Source: Mobula hypostoma (Eukaryota). Taken from it: DNA of 64,000 nucleotides. The notes beneath the pieces are model-generated. The model ran no database searches, was not told the DNA's origin, and was given only the letters and a program-made list of their open reading frames with translations. The stretch spans positions 109,742,001 to 109,806,000 of the forward strand of contig NC_086108.1 of the NCBI RefSeq assembly GCF_963921235.1, written 5' to 3'. Made by a program: the position numbers and the translations under genes. This document shows, in pieces, positions 12,404 through 24,954 of this stretch (within the stretch, counting starts at the first letter, position 1; each line of letters opens with the position of its first letter).

Positions 12404-13019
12404 CCAGATACAACCCTGAGATTCGTTTTCCTGCAGGCATGCTCAATAAATCCTTAGAATAATAACTATATTAGAATCAATGAAAGACCTCACCTACTTG
12501 AATGCTCAACCAGTGTGCAAAAGACAACAAACTGTGAAAGTACAGGAAGAAAGAAATAATGACAATAATAATAATAATAAAACATGGCAGTTGTTGTCAG
12601 ATCTGGGCCTGGACGAAAGAAGCAAAAAACAAGCAGTTTGTAGGATGGGGGAAGAGGCAGAACGAGCCTCTTGTTGGATTTGGAATAGGCGAGAGGAGGG
12701 GAACTGGAAGCCAGGAGCAGACGGGCGGTGATTTGGCCACCACAGCCGGCCCACCAACTGAAGAGTGTCGTGGTTAAGGGCTGAAACGCTCTGTGAAGGT
12801 TGGGGACCACCTGGTAACATCTGCTCCTAGCTAAAGGCTATGGTTACCTTATAAGGTAACTGGAGATTGCACCCTAACAGGTGTATGTAACAAGTCATAA
12901 ATATTGATTTTTGATAAGTATTGAGTTGTATGTGTTGTTAACACAACGCATTTCACTGTATGTTTCAATGTACGTGTGATAAATTAAGGGGAATATCGGA
13001 ACTGTTCACATATTTGGGC

Positions 13020-13310
13020 CCCGCGATAGCGTAGCAGTTAGTGCAACGCTATTACGCCTGGAGGCGTTCTGGCATTCGGAGTTCAATTCCAGCACCGTCT
13101 GTAAGGAGTCACTGCATCACCTCCGTGGTGTGCATGGGTTTTCCCCAGGTGCTCTGGTTTACTCCCAGAATCCAAAGGAGTATTGGGTAGGTTAACTGGT
13201 CATTGTCAATTGTCCTGTGATCAGGTTAGGGTTAACTGTGGTTGTGTTTTTGCTGGGACAGCATGGATTGAAAAACCAGAAGGACCTACTTTGCCCTGTA
13301 TCTCTCAATA
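13020..13310 (+). mobile_element. V-SINE (HE1-like)
   Basis: tRNA-like head (gcgtagcagttag...ggagttcaattcc), V-domain and CR1-like tail. Confidence 0.7.
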
Positions 13311-13357
13311 AAATGAAATTGTCTGTAGAACGGGAGGAACAACAGGAAGATCTGTGC

Positions 13358-13720
13358 CTGAGGGGAGATTTGAGAGAGCTATAAAAAATTATGAGGGGTA
13401 TAGATAGGGTAAATACAAGCCACTGAGAGTAGGTGAGACTAGAACTAGAGATCATGAGTTAAAGGTGAAAGGCGTAATGTTTGAGGGGGAGCTTTTTCAC
13501 TCTGAGGGTGGTGAAAATGTGGAATGAGCTGGCAGTGTAAGTGATGGATGCAGGTTCGATTTCAGCATTTATAAAAAGTCTGGATAGGTACATGGATGAG
13601 ATGGATATGGAGGGCTGTGCTCTGGGTGCGGGTCGATGGGACTAAGGAGAATAATAGCTTGGTACAGACTAGATGGGTCAAAGGGCTTGTTTCTGTGCTG
13701 TAGTGTTCTATGACTCTAAT
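13358..13720 (+). mobile_element. CR1 LINE 3' fragment
   Basis: Homologous to 990-1370. Confidence 0.8.
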
Positions 13721-14189
13721 AAAATTAATTACAAGTAATTTGCAGCCGTGAGCAGAGATCTGGGGGGTAGGCGGCAGGGAGACATTTACTGATGGTATAT
13801 TCCCTTACGGGCAATGAGCAGTGAACTTATTACCTTGAGTTATATAGTTTCTGAGTTATGTAGATATTCCTCGTGTGTGAAATAGAAAGAATTGTATCAT
13901 TATTTTATGAATAGATTCAATCTCTCTATGGAAACTGCTGTATATCATCAATGATTACACACTTCCTCCTCACTGGTGGGTTTGCTGATACCCTGGGCTG
14001 GAAGGGCAGTTATGCAGCAAACTCCACCACCTAAAGGTCAAAGTCAAAGTTGAGTTTATTGTCAGATGCTCAGGTCCAATGAAAAACTTGCAAGTGCATT
14101 TCAGGCACAGAGTGTTAGAGCCACAACATGCACAGAAAGACACAGATATTCTGGGATGAACGGCTTGCTCCTGTGCTCCATTGTTCCGT

Positions 14190-14545
14190 AAGACCATAAG
14201 ATTTAGCAGCAGAATTGGGCCATTTGGCCCATCGCGTCGGTTCTACCGTTCAACCATGGTTTGATTTAGTTTCATTTTCAACCCCATTCTCCTATCTTCT
14301 CCCCATAGCCTTTGAATCCCTTACTAATCAAGAAACTATCATCTTCCACTTTAAATCTACCCAATGACTTGACCTCCACAGCTGTCTGTGACAATGAATT
14401 CCACAGATTCACCACCATTTAGCTAAAAGAAATTCCACCTCCTCTCTATTCTAAAAGGATGTCTTTCTATTCTGAGGCTGTGCCCTCTAGTCCTTGACCC
14501 TGCAACTTAAGATAATATGATCTTCTCTACACGTCCACTCTACCT
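14190..14545 (-). mobile_element. CR1 LINE 3' fragment
   Basis: Shared gaattccacagattcaccacc motif and cataagaccataag tail. Confidence 0.8.
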
Positions 14546-14548
14546 TAG

Positions 14549-14695
14549 CACTCCTAGGTCCTACTGTTCCAATACATCCCCAGTGTGCTGGTGGAAAACC
14601 TCAGCAAGAAGCCGTGATAGATTTCTCTTGGCATCGGTCCAAAAATTGCAAGTTTATTCTCCGCCCATCGCAAAATATGATAGCGTCTGAAACAG
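14549..14695 (+). CDS. Candidate exon of unidentified host gene (phase 1 to 1)
   Basis: ttag/ ... CAG/GTGGGA; open frame LLGPTVPIHPQCAGGKPQQEAVIDFSWHRSKNCKFILRPSQNMIASET. Both splice sites coincide with TE edges, so support is weak. Confidence 0.3.
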
Positions 14696-15290
14696 GTGGG
14701 ACTTTCCAGAGGCCAACTATTTTCATTCTACCTCCCATTCCCATTCCAATATTTCAGTTCATGGCCTCTACTACTGCTGTGATGAGGCCACTATCCCATT
14801 GGAGGAGCAACACCTCATTTTCCATCTGGGTAGCCTCCAACCTGACGGCGCGAACATCGATTTCTCTAACTTGTGGTGATTTCTCCACCCCTCCCCTTCC
14901 TCTCTTTTTTTCTATTCTCCATCCTGGCTCCCTCCCTGCCCTTTTTCTTCAGCTCCCTCTGCTGCCCTTCCTCCTTCCCTTTCTCCCATGGTCCACTCAC
15001 CCCTCCTATCAGATTCCTTCTTATTCAGCCCTTAGCTTTTCCACCTCATCCTCCTCACTCACCCACCTCCTCCCTCACCCGTTCTCCCCTATCACCTGCC
15101 AGCGCACTCCTTCCTGCCCCCAGCTTCTTATTTTGCCTTCTTCCCCCTTTCCAGTCCTGATGAAGGGTCTCTGCATGAAACGTCAACTGTTTATTCCCCT
15201 CCATAGATGCTGCCTGACTTGTGGAGTTCCTCCAGCGATTTGTGTGCGTGGCTCTAGATTTCCAGTATCTTCAGAATCTCTTGTGTTTGT
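14696..15290 (+). mobile_element. Penelope-like element 3' fragment with pLTR
   Basis: Homologous to 36320-36930 (LEEQHL..HLGSLQPDG), pyrimidine-rich UTR, degenerate hammerhead at 15152-15189. Confidence 0.85.
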
Positions 15291-15445
15291 AGTTGCAGTT
15301 CGATTTCCAAGGACACGGTGGGCAAAGTGGATTGTTTGCTCCGAACGTTTCATTTCCTGCTCATGGGAGCTCCCAGACCACAAAGGAAACACAGCTCATT
15401 AACACTGTCCAGTCAGACATCTTACCAAACGTTAATTCATTACAG

Positions 15446-15645
15446 CGTTGCCCTGCAGGGACCGACAGAGCTCATTAAGTGCTGAGCACCATTTCCACAC
15501 AATCAATGTCAACAAGGAATCACTGGTGCCAGGTTTCTTCCTGAAGGAGGACGTACAAAGCATACCACTTTCCAATGGCCCAGATTCAAAGTCGCATGTG
15601 TGTGGAGACAATGGGCTGTTGTGCGAAATCAGGTTTGCAGGTTCG
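15446..15645 (+). CDS. Candidate exon of unidentified host gene (phase 1 to 0)
   Basis: ttcattacag/ acceptor with an in-frame stop just upstream; strong TCG/GTGAGT donor; open frame LPCRDRQSS...GLLCEIRFAGS in non-repetitive sequence. Confidence 0.55.
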
Positions 15646-16204
15646 GTGAGTGGGGACAGAAGGCACTCACTACTGGTAACTAAGTTAGTAATTTATTAGA
15701 CAGACACTAAACAATCAGTAATCCCTTCAAGTTACACCCAGTTGCATCTACTTATCTAAGCTGACTATCTGAAGTGGCAGGACAAGACAGGCACTGCATG
15801 CACACAGAGGCAAATACTTATCTAAAGTGTGCACTCAGGCACCTCCAAACTTCACTGTTGCTATAGCACTGACCCCAGCCCGAACTGAACTGACCCCAGC
15901 ACTGAACCAGGGAGCGAAGAGAAGCCTTGTGTTTTCCGCATGCTAGATTTAAACTGTACCGATGCCATGACATCCTCAGCTAGTGGGAGGGGCTGCAATG
16001 CTCCTGACACAGGCCAATCCCCACCTCCCATGGCTTTCGATGAGCGGCTACATTTGATACTAACTGCATCAGGGGACAAGCCTTAATATTTCATGTGCTC
16101 AGTCCCATTAAGATACAGAAACAACCAGTAACTTGCATTGGGAATCCTAACATTTCCCAGTTCCAACAGAGTGTGGACAACCAAACGACAGGATGAGGGG
16201 TCTT

Positions 16205-16468
16205 CTCATTGACACATATTGAGTATTGAAAGGCCCAGATAGACAGGCATGGAGAGGATGTTTTCAGTAGTGGGTGAGTTCAGAACCAGAGGCCACAGCC
16301 TCAGAATAGAAGGACAACCCTTTAGAACAAAGATAAGGAGGTATTTCTTTAGCCAAAGGATGTTGAATCTGTGGAATTTGTTGCCACAGGTGGCTGCAAA
16401 CACCAAGTCACTGGGTATATTTAAAGCAAAGGTTGATAAGTTCTTGATTACTAAGTATGTCAAAAGTT
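16205..16468 (+). mobile_element. CR1 LINE 3' fragment
   Basis: RTRGHSLRIEG..FRT..RRYFFSQRMLNLWN. Confidence 0.85.
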
Positions 16469-19150
16469 ACTTTATACTTTATACTTTATTATCGCCAAAC
16501 AATTCATACTAGAACGTACAATCATTACAGTAATATTTGATTCTGCACTTCCTGCTCCCTGGATTACAAATATTAAATATTAAAAATAGTAAAAATTAGT
16601 AAATATTAAAAATTTAAATTATAAATGGAAAGTAAGGTAGTGCAAAAAAACCGAGAGGCAGGTCCGGATATTTGGAGGGTACAGCCCAGATCTGGGTCAG
16701 GATCCGTTCAGCTGTCTTATCACAGTTGGAAAGAAACTGTTCCCAAATCTGGCCGTACAAGTCTTCAAGCTGCTGAGCCTTCACCCAGAGGGAAGAGGGA
16801 TGAAAAGTGTGTTGGCTGGGTGGGTCGTGTCCTTGATTATCCTGGCAGCACTGCTCCGACAGCGTGCGGTGTGAAGTGAGTCCAAGGACGGAAGATTGGT
16901 TTGTGTGATGTGCTGTGCCATGTTCACGATCTTCTGCAGCTTCTTTTGGTCTTGGACGGGACAACTTCCATACCAGGTTGTGATGCACCCTAGAAGAATG
17001 CTTTCTATAGTGCATCTATAAAAATTAGTGAGGTTTTTAGGGGACAGGCAAAATTTCTTTAGTTTTCTCAGGAAGTAAAAGCTCTGGTGGGCTTTCTTGG
17101 CAGTGAACTCTGCTTGGTTGGACCAAGTCAGGTCATTTGTGATATTGACCCCGAAGAACTTAAAGCTTTTGACCTGTTCCTCTTGCGCACCACCGATGTA
17201 AATTGGGTCCAGCGGTCCGCTACTCCTTCTGAAGTCAACAACCAATTCCTTCGCCTTGCTGACGTTGAGGGATAGGTTATTGTCTTCGCACCATGCCACC
17301 AGGTTCTTAATTTCCTCTCTGTACTCAAACTCATCATTACCCGAGATACGGCCTACAATTGTTGTATCATCAGCAAACTTATATATTGAGTTTGATGGAA
17401 ACCTGGCTACACAATCATGGGTGTACAGTGAGTACAGCAGGGGGCTGAGTACACAGCCTTGTGGGGCACCGGTGCTCAGAGTGATTGTAGAGGAGAGCTT
17501 GTCCCCTATTTTTACAGCCTGGGTCCTGTCTGTGAGGAAGTTGAAAATCCAGTTGCAGATCTGAGTGCTAAGGCCCAGGTTCCGGAGCTTAGGAATCAGT
17601 TTATTTGGAATGATGGTATTAAAGGCAGAGCTGTAGTCAATGAAAAGGAGCCTTACGTATGCGTCTTTATTCTCCAGGTGTTCTAAGGAGGAATGTAGGG
17701 TCAGAGAGATGGCATCTGCCGTTGACCTGTTGCTCCGGTAGGCAAATTGCAAAGCGTCGAAGTTGACTGGTAGGCTGTGGTTGATGTGTGCCATAACCAA
17801 TCGCTCGAAGCAACTTCATAGTAATTGATGTCAGATCCACAGGTCAATAGTCACTCAGGAATGCCACCTTGCTCTTCTTTGGCACTGAGATTATTGTTGC
17901 CTTCTTAAAACACGAGGGGATCTTAGACTGAAGCAAGGAGCAGTTGAAGATGTCAGCAAACACTCCAGCTAGCTCACTTGCACAGGCCCAGAGAACCCGT
18001 CCCGAGACGCCATTTGGGCCCGTCGCCTTCCTTGGATTTATCCTCAGGAAGGACCTTCTAACGTCCTCCTCGGTGACGATAAATCTCGATGCCACCAGGT
18101 CCAGTTCATCCGGAGGGAGCGGGACGTTCCTCTTCTGTTTGAATCTTGCGTAGAATACGTTAAGTTCGTCAGGAAGAGAAGCGCCACAGTTATTGATACT
18201 CCCAGCCTTTTCTTTGCGCCCAGTGATCTCATTTAGACCCTGCCATCGTCTACTGGCAACCCTCTGGTTAGCCTGGGCTTCCAACTTGGCTCGATATTGC
18301 CTCTTGGCATCCTTAATGGCTTTCCAGAGTTCACGCCTGGATTCCATGCAGCGACTGGTATCCCCGGACCTAAAAGCCGCAGCTCTAGCCTTTAAAAGGG
18401 ACTTGACCTCATAATTCATCCAAGGTTTCTGGTTAGGGAATACCCGGATCATCTTGCAAGACACACAGTCCTCTGTGCATTTCCAAATAAAGTCCATGAC
18501 AGCTGAGGCGTACTCATTGAGGTTAGCTGCTGAGTCCTTGAATACTAACCAGTCCACCGATTCAAAGCAGTCACGGAGGATCTCATCCGTTTCCTCCGTC
18601 CAACACGACGCTACTTTTGACACCGTGACCTCCTGCTTCAATTTCTGTTTGTAAGCCAGGAGGAGGAATACAGCCTGATGGTCCGATTTTCCGAAGTGAG
18701 GCCGTGGGACAGAACGGTAGGTATCCTTGACTGCTGTGTAACAGTTGTCAAGTATTATTCGGGCCTCTAGTGGGGCAGGAGACATGTTGGTATAACTTTG
18801 GCAGTGCCTTTCTGAGGTTGGCCTGGTTAAAGTCCCCGGCTGTAATGAGCAAAGCCTCTGGATACCTGGTCTCAAGTTCACTGATGTTGGCATACAGTAT
18901 GTTCAGAGCACACTCCACGTCCGCCTGGGGGGGAATTTAGATCGCTGTCAGTATGACCGAGGTGAATTTCCGTGGCAGATAGTAGGGACGACACTTCACC
19001 GACAGGTGTTCCAGGTCCGGGCTGCAGGAGCTTGTCATTGCCACTGTGTCCGAGCACCACGCAGTGTTGATCAGTAGGCAGACACCACCTCCCCTCGTCT
19101 TGCCCGAAGTCACCGTGCGGTCCATCCGATGGATCGAAAATCCCTCCGGT
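16469..19150 (-). mobile_element. Long 5'-truncated Rex1/Babar LINE (APE endonuclease plus RT), frameshifted
   Basis: ORFs 18937-19179 (GKTRGGGVC), 17844-18893 (GKSDH, KATGPNG) and 16781-17800 ([22 protein letters not shown]); (TAAAGTA)n tail. Confidence 0.92.
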
Positions 19151-19326
19151 GTTGGTGCCAGAATGTGTGTCGACACCACCAGGCTGCCCCCAGTGCATCC
19201 TTACGGTGTGTTCATTGTTAGTGCAAATGGCCCGTTCCACTCTACGTTACAGTGCAAATGGCGTGTTTCACTCTATGTTACCAAGTGCTCGTGGCAAGTA
19301 AATTAATCTGAATCTGAATCTGAATA

Positions 19327-19840
19327 TTGGGACAAGATGTGCTGTCACTGGAGAGGACCCTAAGGAGGTTCACAAGAATTAGCCCAGGGATGAAAAGGTT
19401 AACGTATGAGGCGTGTTTGATGGCTTCTGGCCCGTACTCGCTGGTGTTTCGAAGAATGAGAGGGGATCTCATTGAAGCCTATCAAATATTGAATAGAGTG
19501 GATGTGGAGAAAATGTTTGCTATAATGGGGAAGTCTTGGACCAGGGGACACAGCCTCCGAATAGAGGGACATCCATTTAGAATGGGGGTGAGGAGGGATT
19601 TCTTTAGCCAGAGGATAGTGAATCAGTGGAATTCATTGCCACAGACGGCTGTGGAGGCCAAATCAGTGAGTACATTGAAAGTGGAGGGTGATAAGTTTGT
19701 GATACCCAGGGTGTCAAAGGTTACGGGGAGAAGGCAGGAGAATGGGGTTGCAAGGGATAATAACTCAACCATGATGGAATGATAGAGCAGCCTTGATGGC
19801 CCAAATGGCCTATTTCTGCTACTATGTCTTATGATCTTAT
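19327..19840 (+). mobile_element. CR1 LINE 3' fragment
   Basis: ORF 19327-19782 matches the CR1 ORF2 C-terminus. Confidence 0.88.
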
Positions 19841-19999
19841 AGACACCAGTAAAGTTCCCCTGCGGAGTTTGGAACTGGATTTCTTCATCGAGAAGCAGAG
19901 CAGTCACATAAACAGTAAGGCAATGTGATGGTAATTGTCACAGGGCAGACCACGTTACATCCCTTCAAGAGGATCTGGTTTCTATAAGTCCCTACAGCC

Positions 20000-20250
20000 C
20001 TGCGCTTACTGACCTCAGCAGATCCAATGTATTAGTTTTAAGACTCTCTCCCTTGTTTTCAAACCCTTTTGTGCCTCATCCACTCCTGTGATCTCTGTAG
20101 TTTGATAACAGTTTGTAGCCTTCCCCACAGACCAGGTTTAATTACCTCCAGCTGCTGGGGCCCCAAGTTCCTTGACACTTTTAAAATGCCCTTTAAAGCT
20201 TGTCTCTGACCACACCTTTGATATTTGGTCCTGCCGTGTTCTTAATTGTT
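20000..20250 (+). mobile_element. Old L2-like LINE 3' remnant
   Basis: Degenerate LTDL...ISFKTLSLVFK motif. Confidence 0.4.
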
Positions 20251-20315
20251 ATTTATTCAGGGGTACAGTGCAGAGATACCTTGCCCATCCTCTGGGCTTC
20301 CCCCCTCCCCCATCC

Positions 20316-23063
20316 CAGGAGGGATAGACACGAAGGAAGGGGAGGTGGGGTGGCGTTGCTGGTTAAAAAAGAGATTAACGCAATAGAAAGGAAGGACATA
20401 AGCCGGGAAGATGTGGAATCGATATGGGTAGAGCTGCGTAACACTAAGGGGCAGAAGACGCTGGTGGGAGTTGTGTACAGGCCACCTAACAGTAGTAGTG
20501 AGGTCGGAGATGGTATTAAACAGGAAATTAGAAATGTGTGCAATAAAGGAACAGCAGTTATAATGGGTGACTTCAATCTACATGTAGACTGGGTGAACCA
20601 AATTGGTAAAGGTGCTGAGGAAGAGGATTTCTTGGAATGTATGCGGGATGGTTTTTTGAACCAACATGTCGAGGAACCGACTAGAGAGCAGGCTATTCTG
20701 GACTGGGTTTTGAGCAATGAGGAAGGGTTAATTAGCGATCTTGTTGTGAGAGGCCCCTTGGGTAAGAGTGACCATAATATGGTGGAATTCTTCATTAACA
20801 TGGAGAGTGACGTAGTTAATTCAGAAACAAAGGTTCTGAACTTAAAGAGGGGTAACTTTGAAGGTATGAGACATGAATTAGCTAAGATAGACTGGCAAAT
20901 GACACTTCAAGGATTGACGGTGGATATGCAATGGCAGGCATTTAAAGGTTGCATGGATGAACTACAACAATTGTTCATCCCAGTTTGGCAAAAGAATAAA
21001 TCAAGGAAGGTAGTGCACCCGTGGCTGACAAGAGAAATTAGGGATAGTATCAATTCCAAAGAAGTAGCATACAAATTAGCCAGAGAAAGTGGCTCACCTG
21101 AGGACTGGGAGAAATTCAGAGTTCAGCAGAGGAGGACAAAGGGCTTAATTAGGAAGGGGAAAAAAGATTATGAGAGAAAACTGGCAGAGAACATAAAAAC
21201 GGACTGTAAAAGCTTTTATAGATATGTAAAAAGGAAAAGACTGATAAAGACAAATGTAGGTCCCCTGCAAACAGAAACAGGTGAATTGATTATGGGGAGC
21301 AAGGACATGGCAGACCAATTGAATAATTACTTTGGTTCTGTCTTCACTAAGGAGGACATAAATAATCTTCCAGAAATAGTAAGGGACAGAGGGTCCAGTG
21401 AGATGGAGGAACTGAGCGAAATACATGTTAGTAGGGAAGTGGTGTTAGGTAAATTGAAGGGATTGAAGGCAGATAAATCCCCAGGGCCAGATGGTCTGCA
21501 TCCCAGAGTGCTTAAGGAAGTGGCCCAAGAAATAGTGGATGCATTAGTGATAATTTTTCAAAACTCGTTAGATTCTGGACTAGTTCCTGAGGATTGGAGG
21601 GTGGCTAATGTAACCCCACTTTTTAAAAAAGGAGGGAGAGAGAAACCGGGGAATTATAGGCCGGTTAGCCTAACGTCGGTGGTGGGGAAACTGCTGGAGT
21701 CAGTTATCAAGGATGTGATAACAGCACATTTGGAAAGCGGTGAAATGATCGGACAAAGTCAGCATGGATTTGTGAAAGGAAAATCATGTCTGACGAATCT
21801 CATAGAATTTTTTGAGGATGTAACTAGTAGAGTGGATAGGGGAGAACCAGTGGATGTGGTATATTTGGATTTTCAAAAGGCTTTTGACAAGGTCCCACAT
21901 AGGAGATTAGTGTGCAAACTTAAAGCACACGGTATTGGGGGTAAGGTATTGGTGTGGGTGGAGAATTGGTTAGCAGACAGGAAGCAAAGAGTGGGAATAA
22001 ACGGGACCTTTTCAGAATGGCAGGCGGTGACTAGTGGGGTACCGCAAGGCTCAGTGCTGGGACCCCAGTTGTTTACAATATATATTAATGACTTGGATGA
22101 GGGAATTAAATGCAGCATCTCCAAGTTTGCGGATGACACGAAGCTGGGTGGCAGTGTTAGCAGTGAGGAGGATGCTAAGAGGATGCAGGGTGACTTGGAT
22201 AGGTTGGGTGAGTGGGCAAACTCATGGCAGATGCAATTTAATGTGGATAAATGTGAAGTTATCCACTTTGGTGGCAAAAATAGGAAAACAGATTATTATC
22301 TGAATGGTGGCCGATTAGGAAAAGGGGAGGTGCAACGAGACCTGGGTGTCATTATACACCAGTCATTGAAAGTGGGCATGCAGGTACAGCAGGCGGTGAA
22401 AAAGGCGAACGGTATGCTGGCATTTATAGCGAGAGGATTCGAGTACAGGAGCAGGGAGGTACTACTGCAGTTGTACAAGGCCTTGGTGAGACCACACCTG
22501 GAGTATTGTGTGCAGTTTTGGTCCCCTAATCTGAGGAAAGACATCTTTGCCATAGAGGGAGTACAAAGAAGGTTCACCAGATTGATTCCTGGGATGGCAG
22601 GTCTTTCATATGAAGAAAGACTGGATGAACTGGGCTTGTACTCGTTGGAATTTAGAAGATTGAGGGGGGATCTGATTGAAACGTATAAGATCCTAAAGGG
22701 ATTGGACAGGCTAGATGCAGGAAGATTGTTCCCGATGTTGGGGAGGTCTAGAACGAGGGGTCACAGTTTGAGGATAGAGGGGAAGCCTTTTAGGACCGAG
22801 GTTAGGAAAAACTTCTTCACACAGAGAGTGGTGAATCTGTGGAATTCTCTGCCACAGCAAACTGTTGAGGCCAGTTCATTAGCTATGTTTAAAAGGAAGT
22901 TAGATATGGCCCTTGTGGCTACAGGGGTCAGGGGGTATGGAGGGAAGGCTGGGTTCTGAGTTGGATGATCAGCCATGATCATAATAAATGGCGGTGCAGG
23001 CTCGAAGGGCCGAATGGCCTACTCCTGCACCTATTTTCTATGTTTCTATGTTTCTATGTTTCT
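20316..23063 (+). mobile_element. Young 5'-truncated CR1 LINE with uninterrupted ORF2 (stop at 22959)
   Basis: ~880 open codons: RDR..GRGGGV, YRPP, GDFN, SDH, QGSVLGP, FADD; (TTTCTATG)n tail; interrupts a Penelope pLTR, with a possible ATCC TSD. Confidence 0.95.
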
Positions 23064-23327
23064 ATCCTTTCTCCCTAGGCCTCCCGTCCATCCCATGATC
23101 CTCTCATATCCATTTTGCCAATCACCTGTCCAGCTCTTAGTCCATCCCTCGCCCTCCTGTCTTCTCCTATCATTCTGGATCTCCCCCTCCCCCTCCCACT
23201 TTCAAATCTCTTACTATCACTTCTTTCAGTTAGTCCTGACGAAGGGTCTCGGCCCGAAACATCGACTGTACCTCTTTCTAGAGATGCTGCCTGGCCTGCT
23301 GCGTTCACCAGCAACTTTGATGTGTGT
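23064..23327 (+). mobile_element. Penelope pLTR (continues from 20275-20315)
   Basis: Close match to 36640-36896. Confidence 0.88.
23231..23268 (+). ncRNA. Minimal type I hammerhead ribozyme motif (variant)
   Basis: tagtc-CTGACGA-agggtctcggccc-GAAAC-ATC-gactg. Confidence 0.65.
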
Positions 23328-23329
23328 TA

Positions 23330-23560
23330 CAGTCCTTCCGGCCCTTCGAGCTACGCCACACAACAGCTCTCCGGTTTAACACTAGCCTAACCACAGGACT
23401 ACTGACAAGGATTAACTAACCGACTGACTGGTACATCTTTGGACTGTGGGAAGAAACCAGATCACATGGAGGAAACCCATACAGAATGTACAAAGGCCTA
23501 CAGAGGATGCCGGAATTGAACTCTAAACTCCGAGCTGTGATAGCGTCACACTACCCACGA
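23330..23560 (-). mobile_element. V-SINE (HE1-like)
   Basis: Reverse-complement V-domain. Confidence 0.65.
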
Positions 23561-23691
23561 GCCAGTCACTGGGTATTATTGCGCAAATGGAATGCAAAGC
23601 CAGGTTTCTCATTGTACCTCAATACATGTGATAGTAATAAGCCAAATTATCAAAAAGGGTTCTTGTACAGTAAGTCATCATCTGGGTGGCT

Positions 23692-24100
23692 AAGACTATA
23701 AGACCATAAGATATAGCAGCAGAATTAGACAATCTGGCCCATCGAGTCTGCTCCATCATTCCATCATGGCCGATTTGTTATCCCTCTCAACCCCATTCTG
23801 CTGCCTTCTCCCCTTTGATGCCCTGACTAATCAATCACCTACCAACCTCTGCTTTAAATATACCCAATGATCTGGCCTCCATAGCCGTCTGAGGCAATGA
23901 ATTCCACAGATTCACCACCCTTTGGCTAAAGAAATTACTCCTCATCTCTGTTCTAAATAGATGTCCCTCTGTTCTGAGGCTGTACTACCTGGTCCTAGAC
24001 TCCTCCATCATAAGAAACATCCACTGCATCTCAGTCTCTCGACATTCAATGAGGTTCTCCCCTATTCTGTTAAACTTCAATGAGTACAGACCCAGAGGCA
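23692..24100 (-). mobile_element. CR1 LINE 3' fragment
   Basis: Same motifs as 14190-14545. Confidence 0.8.
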
Positions 24101-24836
24101 TCTAAGAACACTACTCTCTGTAACACCTTATAAGCATAGTAAAAAGGCCTGGGTAAACTTTCTGTGACTTACTGGGACACTTAATTTTCAATATAACTTA
24201 ATGTTGTTAACTTTTAAATTATCAAAACTAGTTTTTAATGTCATTTATATTCTGTATACGCAAGTCTATGAAAATTAAAGTGCAAAGATACTTGGGAGTC
24301 CTCAGGCAGGTTTCCCTCAAGGTCAACTTGCAGCTTAAGTCAGTCGTAAGGAAAGCAAATGCAATGCTGGTATTCATTTCAACAGAATTAGAATATCAAA
24401 GCAAGGATGCAGCGCTGAGGCGTTATAGGGCATTAGTCAGAGCACATTTAGAATATTGTGAACCATTTTAGGCCCCTTGTTTGATGACGATGATAGGAGA
24501 CCTGTGCGGGAGAGTTTTTAAAGTGGAAAAGCTGTTACATTGGGGCATTTCCACTCTCTCAACCTCAGAAGTCCGGGTCCAGTAGTACGAACAAGTGTCA
24601 CACATTGGGGTCTTCCTTTGTTGCAGTGGATGGTCATGACTTCCTCTGCACCCCATCATGCCCTTTTGATGTCCACAGAGCGTTGCAGAACCTCCTTCCC
24701 GGCCATTGGGTCTCACCGTGGATTCCATCTGCCCAGTCCACTGGAGCTGACTTCACATGAGCACAAGAGCTTCCATATAATGACAGTAAGTGACACTTTG
24801 CAAAGTGTTTACATTCAAGTATATTTTTAAATCCAG

Positions 24837-24954
24837 GGCTTCTTGCCACTGTTCCATGAATGCCCCTTCACAGTCGTGCCCCGTAGCCCGCCTGTCGAAG
24901 CAGTGTACCAGGGTGTGGCTGCCGTCACGCGCAAACCGCTACCCGGAGCCACAG
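24837..24954 (+). CDS. Candidate exon of unidentified host gene (phase 0 to 1)
   Basis: tttttaaatccag/ acceptor; CAG/GTGAGA donor; GC- and CpG-rich unique island; GFLPLFHECPFTVVPRSPPVEAVYQGVAAVTRKPLPGAT. Confidence 0.6.

Noticed and set aside
14614..15402. 262-aa hydrophobic ORF as a membrane protein
   Set aside because: Mostly an off-frame read through the pyrimidine-rich Penelope 3' region
20200..20315. Signal-peptide-like N-terminus on the 919-aa ORF (possible domesticated or secreted RT)
   Set aside because: It starts at TTG and is read from flanking L2-like and Penelope pLTR DNA upstream of the CR1 truncation point; a chance in-frame extension
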